Below, one piece after another: positions 28,701-40,700 of a stretch of DNA of 64,000 nucleotides. Position numbers and translations under genes: made by a program. This DNA is from Haliotis cracherodii (taxonomy: Eukaryota): the NCBI RefSeq assembly GCF_022045235.1, contig NW_027266343.1:22010001-22074000 (forward strand). The letters run 5' to 3'. Under the pieces are notes generated by a model that saw nothing but the letters and a program-made list of their open reading frames with translations, ran no database searches and was not told the origin of the DNA. How positions within the stretch are numbered: the first letter of the stretch is position 1; every line of letters starts with the position of its first letter.

Positions 28701-31700
28701 CTGACCCCCACCTACCAAAGTGCTGTATCAAATCTGAACTCACTCCGTTACCGGCTGCTGTCGTTGCTGCGCCAATCCTGAAGGAATGCGAAGAGTATGC
28801 TGCTGTGCAGATGCCGCTATGAAATTGATACCTGGTCAGGGGAGATTTATCAAAGTGTACGAAAGCTTGAGTCTGACCCTGTGATCTAACTGTTAGGTAT
28901 GCTTTAACTGCAGCCACTGGACACAGATTGTGGCTGTGCTCCTCGGTGCGGTCTTCCATGCTGTGTAGCCTATGGTACGTTGAGATACCGGCCATATACG
29001 TTCTTACCGTACTCGGTGCATGTCCTGACACTGACAGGTGAGCAATGAAATGTACCAGATGAGTTATTGGGAACGGCCAGACATCTCCCAGGTTTTGTGA
29101 TGCCCTGAATGCTTGCAATGCTTGGGTTCCTGCCTGGTAAGTTGCCCACGTGTTTGCCGCCAATGATCGCTGAAGGAGCCTCTCTGCCTCGATTGTTAGC
29201 CCTGCCAGAGATTGCCTGGAAGTGGTGTGGGATGCAGATAGGCTGATGGAGCTGCATTGCGGAATCGTTCCCACTGAAATCTCGACAGTGCATCTGCGAT
29301 AATATTGTCGTGTGTTGTTATATATCTGGCCTTGAACAAAATGTTGTGTTTGAGGCACTGCAGCACTAGCTGCCTAATCAGTGACATGATTCTGGGTGCC
29401 TTTGAAGACTGTTTATTTATTATTGACACTACAGCTTGGTTATCACAAAAGAAAAGTACTTTCCTGTTAGCAAAGGCTGTCCCCCACAGACAAACTGACA
29501 GCACAATCGGAAACAACTCCAGCAGTGTCATGTCACGAGTCAACCGTCCTCCACCCACTCACGGGGCCAGAGCCCGTTTGCCCAGTTCCCGTTATAGTAT
29601 GCGCCGAACCCCACACTGCTGGCTGCGTCAGTAAACAGCTGCAGACATGTATTGTCAGCCCACTTTTTATTCTGAAAAACTGACACACCATTAAATTCCC
29701 CCAAGAACCCGAGCCAAACCTCTAGGTCCTCCCGAACTCCCTGCGTGATGCGAACACGGTGTGCTTGATGACTTACCTTTGTATAGGCGTCAATCAGTCT
29801 GCGGCAAAACGGTCTACCCATGGGTATTGCCCGGCATATGAAATTTAGCTTACCCACCAGAGACTGCAAAGCTTTACGGGTCACTTTGTGCTTACCTGAG
29901 GCCAGCATATCGTGTATGATTGCGTTGATATTTACAATCTTTTCCTGTGGTATTCTAACCTGCATCCTGACAGTGTCGATTTCAAGACCTAGGAATGTTA
30001 AGCAGGATGCAGGACCTACTGTCTTCTCATGTGCTACGGGTACACCCAGCTCCTGGAAAGTACTGAGACATGCATCAAGGTTGTCACCACAGTCTTTCGT
30101 TCCTGCAGTTCCGCCTGTGAGAAAATCATCAAGGTAATGCATGAGTTGGCCGTTAGGCAACTTTTGCTGGACACACCATTGCAAAAAGGTGCTGAATTTT
30201 TCAAACCCTGAGCATGATATGGAACAGCCAAACGGCAAGCATTTATCAAAGTAGTATTTACCTTGAAAGCACAAGCCTAGCAACTCAAAGTCCTGAGGGT
30301 GTACCGGCATAATCCTGAAAGCCGATTTCACATCAAATTTTGCAAGTAGAGCATTTGGACCAAGTTGCTGTACCAAACTGACAGCCTCGTCGAACCGTGC
30401 ATATGACACGGAGCATGCTTCGCTGTCTATGTTGTCGTTGATTGATCTGCCTTGAGGATAAGAAAGGTGGTGTATTAAACGAATATCGTCTGTCCCCAGC
30501 AAGGACTGACTCTTACCCGTTTGCTTTTTGAGTACGAGACCGATGGGTGAAACTTGTAGGTTCAGCCGGGGCGGCGTTTCAAAAGGACCTGCCACCCTAC
30601 CTAATTTTACTTCCTTTTTCAATTTGGCAGCTACTATCTCTTGTAAAATGGGATCCCTGGCTGAGCGTAGATTCTCAGACCAACGACTTAGGCGTGCCCC
30701 ACTATATTCCAGTTGAAAACCTGATTCCAAACCTTGTAATAAATAAATGGCATGGGCATGGTTAGAATGCTTGTACAATTGCAAATGTCGCTTTAATCTA
30801 GTGAGTATGAGTGAAGTTGGGGCCAGTGCCTTTAGCATGGGTTGCCTGTGTGGAGTTAAGTTGTTTGGAGGGTCTACGACCCCCCTTTGCGCGAAAGCAA
30901 GAATAGGCGGGATGTTGTTCGCCACAATTGGAGCATTTATGAATAAACTTGCATTCTGGCCTGGCGCACCTTGACCTGTTGTAGTCCCAGCATGCGTTGA
31001 CTGTAAAGTCACGGCCCCTGCTGAAAGGCACTGTTAAGCGTTCAGTCTTATTTTCTTGTGCTTCAACCACAATTCACCGTCTATCTTGCCCCACTCCCGA
31101 ATTGGGTCTCGTGCCATACAGTGTCGGAATTGCTGGTCGTAGTTTAACCAGCCAAAACCACCGGAGCGGACTGCGGCATTACGGATTATTTCCATGTATG
31201 CCAACATGCCCTGTACGGTGGACTGACAAAATGTTTCACCACGTAAATGCTCATATATATGTGGAAAGCTGACGTCCATTGGCCTATGCTTAATGCCCTG
31301 GCGTGAGCCAGCTTGGCCGGCGAGAATCGCAGATTACCCGACGAATCCATCTGCATCTTAAATGCATCGTCATCGTCATGCGACTGTGCGCCTGGCAACA
31401 ATGTAGTCAACTCCACAAACTCCCCCCTCAATACTCTCTCCCGTACAACTTGACGGACGTGAGCGCTGATAGCATCCGATGACAACACATCGGGATTTCT
31501 TGACACCACCGCCTAGCATATCCAGTATGCTGTATGAATAACTAATTGCTTGTTTTTAAAATTTGGTGTGATGCTATAATTTTATGAACCGTGATTATTG
31601 AAGGCTCGGCCTCAGATGTTAAAGTATCATAAAATGATTATTGTCCCCCGTATGACATGTAATCCCTATCATAATCAATGGAACTATCATCAACAGGTGT

Positions 31701-34700
31701 TTTAAAACAACTGACTGCTGAGCATTTTTTTTTAATATTGTCAAGTATTGTGCACAACCACCAGCTAAAGTGATGTCGTAAATCCTGCTGGGGTATCATG
31801 CAGGAAGTCCTTATAAGATTATTAATGACACATCCCGATATGAGTAAATCTGCAGAAACGAAAAACTATATCTGCATGGATTATTTCATTTGATGCGCTC
31901 GTGGCAGTATTTGCACAGCCTATATATGTATCCTTTTCCTGGCTACATGTGGATGATTATTTCATCATCTGAATTCAGGAATAACTGGATATTAAGATAA
32001 CTTGTCAAACAATAATTTATCTGACACTGTTAGCTGAAAAAAATATGCTTAAATACTCTTGTTTATGCTTACACCACGCACGTTTGTGAAAGGAAAGTTG
32101 TTTCCCTTCTGATGTTGTAATACAACACCGTTAAAACAACGTGGAACCTGGAATAGGTGTGAAATCATTACAAAACCATCATTTGTTGAGTGAAAACATC
32201 AATAATGTTGATATACCACTATAAACAGCATGTTTTGTTAGTTTTTATTCCAGTTATAATTTCATTATTTCAACGTCCATTCGTGTTATGGAACAAATAC
32301 TCCCTGAAATTGAAAGTATAGGTGCATGTATTCCTTTTATTTAAGACCCCTTGTGAAATACTTGCACTGTACCACCTTGTATGTTGCAAATACTGGAACG
32401 GACTGTAAATTGCAAATTTCAGTAACAGGAACGAGGTCAGAGTTTATGACTAAGAGAACACAAAGAAAACTAAAGATGTCACGGTGAATCTATGAACAAA
32501 ATTCATAAAGTTCACCAACTGTTCAAAACAGCCCGACACGAGTGTTTGGAATAGCCCCAAAAGAGTGTTCAGAATAGCCCAAACTGGCGTCAAACCCAAC
32601 ACTCACGGATGTATCTAGGGACAAGGTACTTTCCGTTTTAAGTCACAATCCATATTGCATTTATTTTCTCCAAGAAGAAATGCAGATAACTTTCTTATTA
32701 AGGTTGTTAGAGGCATCTTACTTTCTGTACTTTCGACCTGTGAAGACTGGGGTAGAATAGGTCTTCAGTAACGCATGCTTGCAGTAAAAGGTGACTATGT
32801 TTGTTGTTAGAGTAAAAAAACGGGATTGGGTAGTCAGGCTCGCTGACTTGGTTAATGCATGTCATCATGTCCCAATTGTAAAGATCGATGCACATGATGT
32901 CAATCACTGGACTGTCTGGTTCAGACTGGATTATTTACAGGCCGCCGTCATATAGCAGGAATATTGCTGAGTGTGGCGTTAAACAACAGACAAAGAAACA
33001 AAATTTTAGAGATATCATTAACTCCAATGGTTATATAACTTTGTTATTATCCCCCGCCCCAACGAAGTTGGCCGGGGATATAGAANNNNNNNNNNNNNNN
33101 NNNNNNNNNNNNNNNNNNNNNNNNNNNNNNNNNNNNNNNNNNNNNNNNNNNNNNNNNNNNNNNNNNNNNNNNNNNNNNNNNNNNNNNNNNNNNNNNNNNN
33201 NNNNNNNNNNNNNNNNNNNNNNNNNNNNNNNNNNNNNNNNNNNNNNNNCAGAGCATAACTCAGAAACCGTTAAATATTTCTCTACGCAACTTTGCATGTC
33301 TATCAGACTCATGCTGAACTGGTGCCTTTTGCTATTTAGGAATTTTATAAATTTTTATTCTTTACGTTTCCATGGCAACAAGTTGGACTTAGGTTCTATA
33401 AGGGTGGTGTTTATGTTTCCATGACAACAAGTTGGATTTAAGTTTTAATATAGGATTGGTTTACTTAAGTAGTATAACAAATAAACTGTTAAATATTTCC
33501 TTGCCAAGTGGTGTACTGATTACATAGGCCTTGTGTTGTTACCGACATGCTAGTGGTGTACTGATTACATAGGCCTTGTGTTGTTACAGACGTGCTAGTG
33601 GTGTACTGATTACATAGGCCTTGTGTTGTTACAGACGTGCTATTGGTGTACTGATTACAAAGGCCTTGTGTTGTTACAGACGTGCTATTGGTGTACTGAT
33701 TACATAGGCCTTGTGTTGTTACAGACATGCTAGTGGTGTACTGATTACATAGGCCTTGTGTTGTTACAGACATGCTAGTGGTGTACTGATTACATAGACC
33801 ATGTGTTGTTACAGACGTGCTAGTGGTGTACTGATTTCATAGGCCTTGTGTTGTTACAGACGTGCTAGTGGTGTACTGATTACATAGGCCTTGTGTTCTA
33901 TAAGGGTGGTGTTCGTTTCCAGAGTGTAACTCAAAAACCGTTAAATACTTTTTTACAAAACTTTGCATGTCTACCGGGCACATACTGAACTGGTGCCTTT
34001 TGATATATAGCGCTTTTAGAAATTTTTATTGTTTATGTTTCCATGACAACAAGTTGGATTTAAGTTTTAATATAGGATTGGTTTACTTAAGTAGTATAAC
34101 AAATAAACTGTTAAATATTTCCTTGCCAAACATTGCATGTCTATATATAAAGCGCATACTGAACTAGTGCCATTTGATATTAAGGAGTTTTAGAAATGTT
34201 TATTTTAGAATTTCCATTGCAGCTATTTTGACAGGGCTAAGAGATATGTTGGGTCAGTTACCTGGTTTGGGACCATAATGTGTTAAAATGGGCGGGGGAT
34301 ATAGATGACTTTTTCAACTTTACGCTTGTTAAGGTAGCAAGAGGCATAGCTCTTTTTGTTTTAAGATTAGACATGTTTTTACCTAAACCACCGCATGTTC
34401 TCATAACTTAAATTAAACATACATTTTTCCCAAATGGAAGTGCATATAACTTAACAGGGTTATGATGGGAAACACTGGCTACAGGTATGGTTCCTTATTG
34501 CTGGTAGAAGAGATAGTGATAATATACAAAACAACAACATTGGTTCACAGGTTTCATACTCATTCACACAATGAGAGTGGAGAGAGAGAACATGTAAATT
34601 AACTGTACCCTGTAACATAAACATGGACTAACCCAACCACCCTTTACTTAGTAAACTAATCAAGAAGCCCACAATAGATATTAAACTAAAAAACTACTAT

Positions 34701-37700
34701 ACTATCAACTTAAATTAATATCGAAGAATAAAAGAACCTGAACTTGATAAGAAAAAATGAATTGTTTGATAGGCATTACTCAGAAGTTGACGGATGACAA
34801 AGTAGACACTATTTAGGGATAAAAACTTCTTTATTTACTGTAAAGGCGATGGTTCGGTACAGATCCTTATCCTTGTTTGACAAATGGTATAAGGATCTAT
34901 ACCTAAATATTGCCTTTATGGTAAATAAAGAAGTTGTTATCCATAAATTGTCTACTTTGTAGATTAAAATATTTACAATGAAACTATACTAAAACTTGTG
35001 TGTGCCACATAATACTTGTTGACTAAAGTATGGGACTTTCTGTTGTATCGTCGCACTGCCAATGTGGCATATTTTCCCCAACAGAAGTGATATCATTCAA
35101 CCAGTAATGTGTGTCACTTTCTTATTATAGTAGAGAAATATGCCATTCTAGTTTAAAGTTGTACATCATTGTGCATGAGTTTTCCAAAAGGGAACTTATG
35201 TCAGCAGACTTGAAGTGATGTCATTACAGCGGAAATGCATTTAGTTTTCTCAGTATGTTTGCAAGAGGCAAGGTACTTTAACCTGGTGTGAGGTTGTAGT
35301 AGACAAGGTCCCTTTTAATGGAATAGGTTGCAAACACTCTAGATTCTAGATGTTAAATGGTTCCTCCTATGTTTTCTTCCAGTCAGTTGGAGACACAGAT
35401 AGAGGAGGAGACGCAAGTGGAATACTATCATCAACAGCAGCACGGGGCAGGGTGAGCTGTGCATAATAGTGTATTGAGTTGTTTCAGACATGCTAGTGGT
35501 GTACTGATTACATAGGCCTTGTGTTGTTACCGACATGCTAGTGGTGTACTGACTACATAGGCCTTGTGTTATTACCGACATGCTAGTGGTGTACTGATTA
35601 CATAGGCCTTGTGTTGTTACCGACATGCTAGTGGTGTACTGATTACATAGGCCTTGTGTTGTTACAGACGTGCTAGTGGTGTACTGATTACATAGGCCTT
35701 GTGTTGTTACAGACGTGCTAGTGGTGTACTGATTACAAAGGCCTTGTGTTGTTACAGACGTGCTAGTGGTGTACTGATTACATAGACCTTGTGTTGTTAC
35801 AGACATGCTAGTGGTGTACTGATTACATAGGCCTTGTGTTGTTATCGACATGCTAGTGGTGTACTGATTACATAGACCATGTGTTGTTACAGACGTGCTA
35901 GTGGTGTACTGATTTCATAGGCCTTGTGTTGTTACAGACGTGCTAGTGGTGTACTGATTACATAGGCCTTGTGTTGTTATCGACATGCTAGTGGTGTACT
36001 GATTACATAGACCATGTGTTGTTACAGACGTGCTAGTGGTGTACTGATTACATAGGCCTTGTGTTGTTACAGACGTGCTAGTGGTGTACTGATTACATAG
36101 GCCTTGTGTTGTTACAGACGTGCTAGTGGTGTACTGATTACAAAAGGCCTTGTGTTGTTACAGACGTGCTAGTGGTGTACTGATTTCATAGGCCTTGTGT
36201 TGTTACAGACGTGCTAGTGGTGTACTGATTACATAGGCCTTGTGTTGTTATCGACATGCTAGTGGTGTACTGATTACATAGACCATGTGTTACAGACGTG
36301 CTAGTGGTGTACTGATTACATAGACCATGTGTTACAGACGTGCTAGTGGTGTACTGATTACATAGGCCATGTGTTACAGACATGCTAGTGGTGTACTGAT
36401 TACATAGGCCATGTGTTACAGACGTGCTAGTGGTGTACTGATTACATAGGCCATGTGTTACAGACATGCTAGTGGTGTACTGATTACATAGGCCATGTGT
36501 TACAGACATGCTAGTGGTGTACTGATTACATAGGCCATGTGTTACAGACGTGCTAGTGGTGTACTGATTACATAGACCATGTGTTACAGACATGCTAGTG
36601 GTGTACTGATTACATAGGCCTTGTGTTACAGACGTGCTAGTGGTGTACTGATTACATAGGCCATGTGTTACAGACGTGCTAGTGGTGTACTGATTACATA
36701 GGCCATGTGTTACAGACGTGCTAGTGGTGTACTGATTACATAGGCCATGTGTTACAGACATGCTAGTGGTGTACTGATTACATAGGCCTTGTGTTACAGA
36801 CGTGCTAGTGGTGTACTGATTACATAGGCCATGTGTTACAGACGTGCTAGTGGTGTACTGATTACATAGGCCATGTGTTACAGACGTGCTAGTGGTGTAC
36901 TGATTACATAGGCCATGTGTTACAGACGTGCTAGTGGTGTACTGATTACATAGGCCATGTGTTACAGACATGCTAGTGGTGTACTGATTACATAGGCCTT
37001 GTGTTACAGACGTGCTAGTGGTGTACTGATTACATAGGCCATGTGTTACAGACGTGCTAGTGGTGTACTGATTACATAGGCCATGTGTTACAGACGTGCT
37101 AGTGGTGTACTGATTACATAGGCCATGTGTTACAGACGTACTAGTGGTGTACTGATGCACATTCTGATGGAGCAGCGCCACCAGAAGGCAATGGTTGAGC
37201 TTGAAACTGAGATGAAGACAGAACTTGAGAAGTCCAAGGAGGAACTGAACACAGCCTTGGAACTGGAACTGCAGAAAGAGCTTGAGGTGAGATGAGTGAG
37301 GGTCTCAGTAGACAGCCAACTCAGGATAACGTCAGTCATATGAATAGGAGAGTCACAAACTTTGTACGATTATATATGTCATCACACAGTTAAATATATT
37401 CTCTCATACTGTGTTTTCGAGCCCTTAAGAAGTATTTGTCATTACGTGTTACTTCTAATAACACTGAAATTAAGTCATTCCTTTGAGAACATTTGGTTCT
37501 GTTTACAATTGGTTAGTCAGATGACCGCATCTTGTCAATTGAATCATGATAATGCCTCCCCAAGCAAGCAGCATTAGAAACTGGCACTAGTCCTGCAGTC
37601 CTTGCCAAACTGCCCAATAGTTAAGGTATCATAAGGACTAGTAGAAATTTGCCATTTTCAAGGGGTCTGCTATATGTTATCATGATAAGGACTTGTGAAC

Positions 37701-40700
37701 TAAAACTCTTTGTTTTCTACCGCTGGAGAGACCCGTCAATCAGGTGCTATCTTGTTACCGTCACATGATTTCGAACCCCTCCATGACAGTCAAGTTAAAA
37801 ACAGAGGCACAACATGATGAATTACATGACATTACTGACAGGAAGTTTACAAACTACATGACAAAAGCCTGCAACACATTGAGAGATTTAATTAAGTTGT
37901 ACAATATTTACTCTTTATCTGTAAAGTTAAAGCCTCATATAAGCCTCAAATACTGTATCTTTCACTGCCTTCACTGCTTCCACATACAATGTACTCCAGT
38001 ATTTATTGTCATGACTCTTCAATTACCGGTATGTACAACTCTGAAAAAAAACAATTAAAACCACCTAAACTCACTTGAAGCTATTCAGTTCCATAATACA
38101 ATTGATGAGAATAATCATAGGTATTATTTAATTTTAGACCAGTAATTGTTAAGGGGAGAGAGAACTACTGATTTCCTATCACTATGTTTTTTTTCCTAGA
38201 TCCATACTGATGAGTGATAAGATTGTCACTACCATGGTAGATGGTGAGGGATGGGGAGAGTTTCATAGCAAATGACAGCTCAGTGGATTTGGTGTGTAGA
38301 AGATAAGTCAATAGTTGTTGTCAATAGTGTTAAGTGCTTTGGTACAATGTCTGTGAATTATGCTGCTGCTTGTTCCTACATTTCAGAGCCACAAACAGCA
38401 GTTGCTGACACAATTGGCCGCTGTCAGTGGAATGTCCAATGATGACCTGAATGATGCAGTCAGTGCGGCAGCTACAGGTGAGAGATCTTGGAGCATCTTT
38501 TATACACCTCAGCAAGGTAGCCCCATTCTTCAAATGGCACTGGTCTTGTTTTGTTGCTGTGTGGACTTGTGTGATTCAGAGTTATTGGATGCAGTAAGAG
38601 CAGGTGATCTAGGAGTTCATCATGATTATCCCTTGATACTGTAGGTGCAGCCTTTCATGGATAGATAGCTGGGATCAAAATGGCCTGAACTGTTGGAGTT
38701 CAGATAGAAAGTGATACACTGCTTATCATTACTAAGAATATTAGTGTAAACTTTAACTTTGATAAGAATACATAAGACATATCAACATTCATATGATATA
38801 TCTTTGTATGGCACAAAGAGGGTAAACAAAATATATATGGGAAGCACACGGCCAAGGCCGGTTACTCATTACTCTCTTTTTCGCACCAGCCGAGTGGTTG
38901 GGGATAATTTCCTGAGCTTTGTAGTCCGAGCCACCCTATCAAAAGTTTTGCTCGGATTACATTCTTCAGACCCTTTAGCATCATATCTAGATGTTATATT
39001 TTTTACTTATCCTGGATTACTCCTTGATGCATCTACTTCTTACCTTATGATAAAAAAGACGATAAAAAAGACATGCGTAACGATGGTCCAAGATGAAGAA
39101 AAAAGGTTGTTTTAACTACTTTTGCAAGGACCCATCACTGCTGTCATGTGACCGTCCATTGTGACATCACATCTGGTCACATTCCTGCTGGTCACCAAAC
39201 AGACTTGTTCTGCCCTGTTTTGTTCCTCAACTTTTGGCTATAGTTTTGTGGTTTGCGCTTTGCTTTCACGTTAAATTTGGTCTGCGACTGGTGAAGTATA
39301 CCTTATCTTATTATTCTTGTATTTGTTTAATAATATGTATGTTTTCTACTTGAAAACACTTTGTCTTTTTCTTCCATGTGGCTTGGTGTTTCCCTCCATT
39401 TTGTAATTCGCTGTATGTTTGTCTCCTTAATTCGAGGCAGTCATTATAGTTTGCAATTCTTTGGCTCAGGATTATATTTTGTATGTATAAATACCTTAAG
39501 CCTTTAGTGGCATTGTCTAGAGTTTCAAGTTTGTATTTTATAGACATTAAAATTCTAAATTTTGCAGACTTAAACTTTGGTTTATTTATTGCTTTGTACA
39601 AGTACTACTTTCACTGCAACTTCAAGTTTTGCATAACTTATGTTTGCATGGTTGAAGTGACCATTCATCCTAGCAGGCAGACTGCAACTTCATCCCTTTC
39701 AGAGATTTCTGAGACCATTCCTAGACTATCCCGACCTCATTCTTCAACTACCACAAAGACTGAAGAAATATCTACTGTGTTGGACAGTCAATAAAATGTT
39801 TGGAGTTCAAAGCTGTCATCAAAGCTATAACGCATTTGGCCTCTCAACTCAAACACAAGTTCTAAATGATAAGAACAGACAACTCATCCATGGCCTTTTA
39901 CATCAATCTCCGAGGAATGATCAGATCGGCGACCCTTCTGTGATTAACCTTTCAACTAACAGTCTCAATTTACGCATAAGGGCAAGACACATCCAAGGAA
40001 CACTTTACATACGAGCTGACATTCTATCCTGGACGTCCCTACCATTTCCAACAGAATGGATGCTCCATCCGGAGGCATTCCAGCTGATAACAAGGGAAAA
40101 AGGTTGCCCATTCAATAGACTTATTTGCAACAAGGTTCAACAAGCAAATAGTGACATTTGTTTCACCTGTCACGGACCCCCCCCACCACTAGAAGGCCAT
40201 ATTCAGACAGAGTAGTCAAGGCAGTCTCCCTAACCCTCCAACTGACTGACTGAGTATGGTTTTACGCCGCTTTTGGCAATATTCCAGCAATATCACGGCG
40301 GGGGACACCAGACCTAACTGGGGGCTAACCCTTCAAAGTTCTACGAGGAATTTATACAATGATAAATGGAAGAATTTTGACCAGTTTGCGACTTATAAAG
40401 GGTTTATGGCAGCCAAAGCTACCTCACCACAAGTAGCAGAATTCCTATGCCATCCAAACAGTACGCGGAATCTCAAAGGTTCTACATGAGGTACCTATCT
40501 TACAGCGATTAGTTGTGCTGACCATGCATAACAGATTCAAGCTCACCAAAGTTCTAGAATTATTAGCCTTACTAAGATCAGTGAAGCGCATTAACCCTTA
40601 CAACATCTATTGCAGAAGACATAATTATCCCCCGCCACGAAGTGGAAGGGGGATATAGGAATGGGTGCCGTCCTTCCGTCCGGCCGTCACATTTCGTTTC

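Larger units (their letters stand above)
27353..31641 (-). mobile_element. Ngaro-type tyrosine-recombinase retrotransposon (deleted copy) flanked by 109-bp direct repeats
   Basis: ORF order gag fragment / RT-RNaseH / YR / SGNH hydrolase on the - strand; direct repeats at 27353-27461 and 31533-31641 with one mismatch. Confidence 0.9.
33047..34330 (+). mobile_element. Helentron-associated MITE (HINE), spans an assembly gap
   Basis: 5' ttatcccccgcc...ccggggata hairpin, internal ggtgccttttg units, 3' ggcgggggata. Confidence 0.75.

Noticed and set aside
36186-37181. 331-aa Thr-rich repetitive ORF on the - strand (also 35339-35851, 33489-33773) suggesting a mucin or antifreeze protein
   Set aside because: It is a by-product of 42/45-bp units lacking stops in one frame. 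It lies antisense within an intron and has no signal peptide or unique domain.
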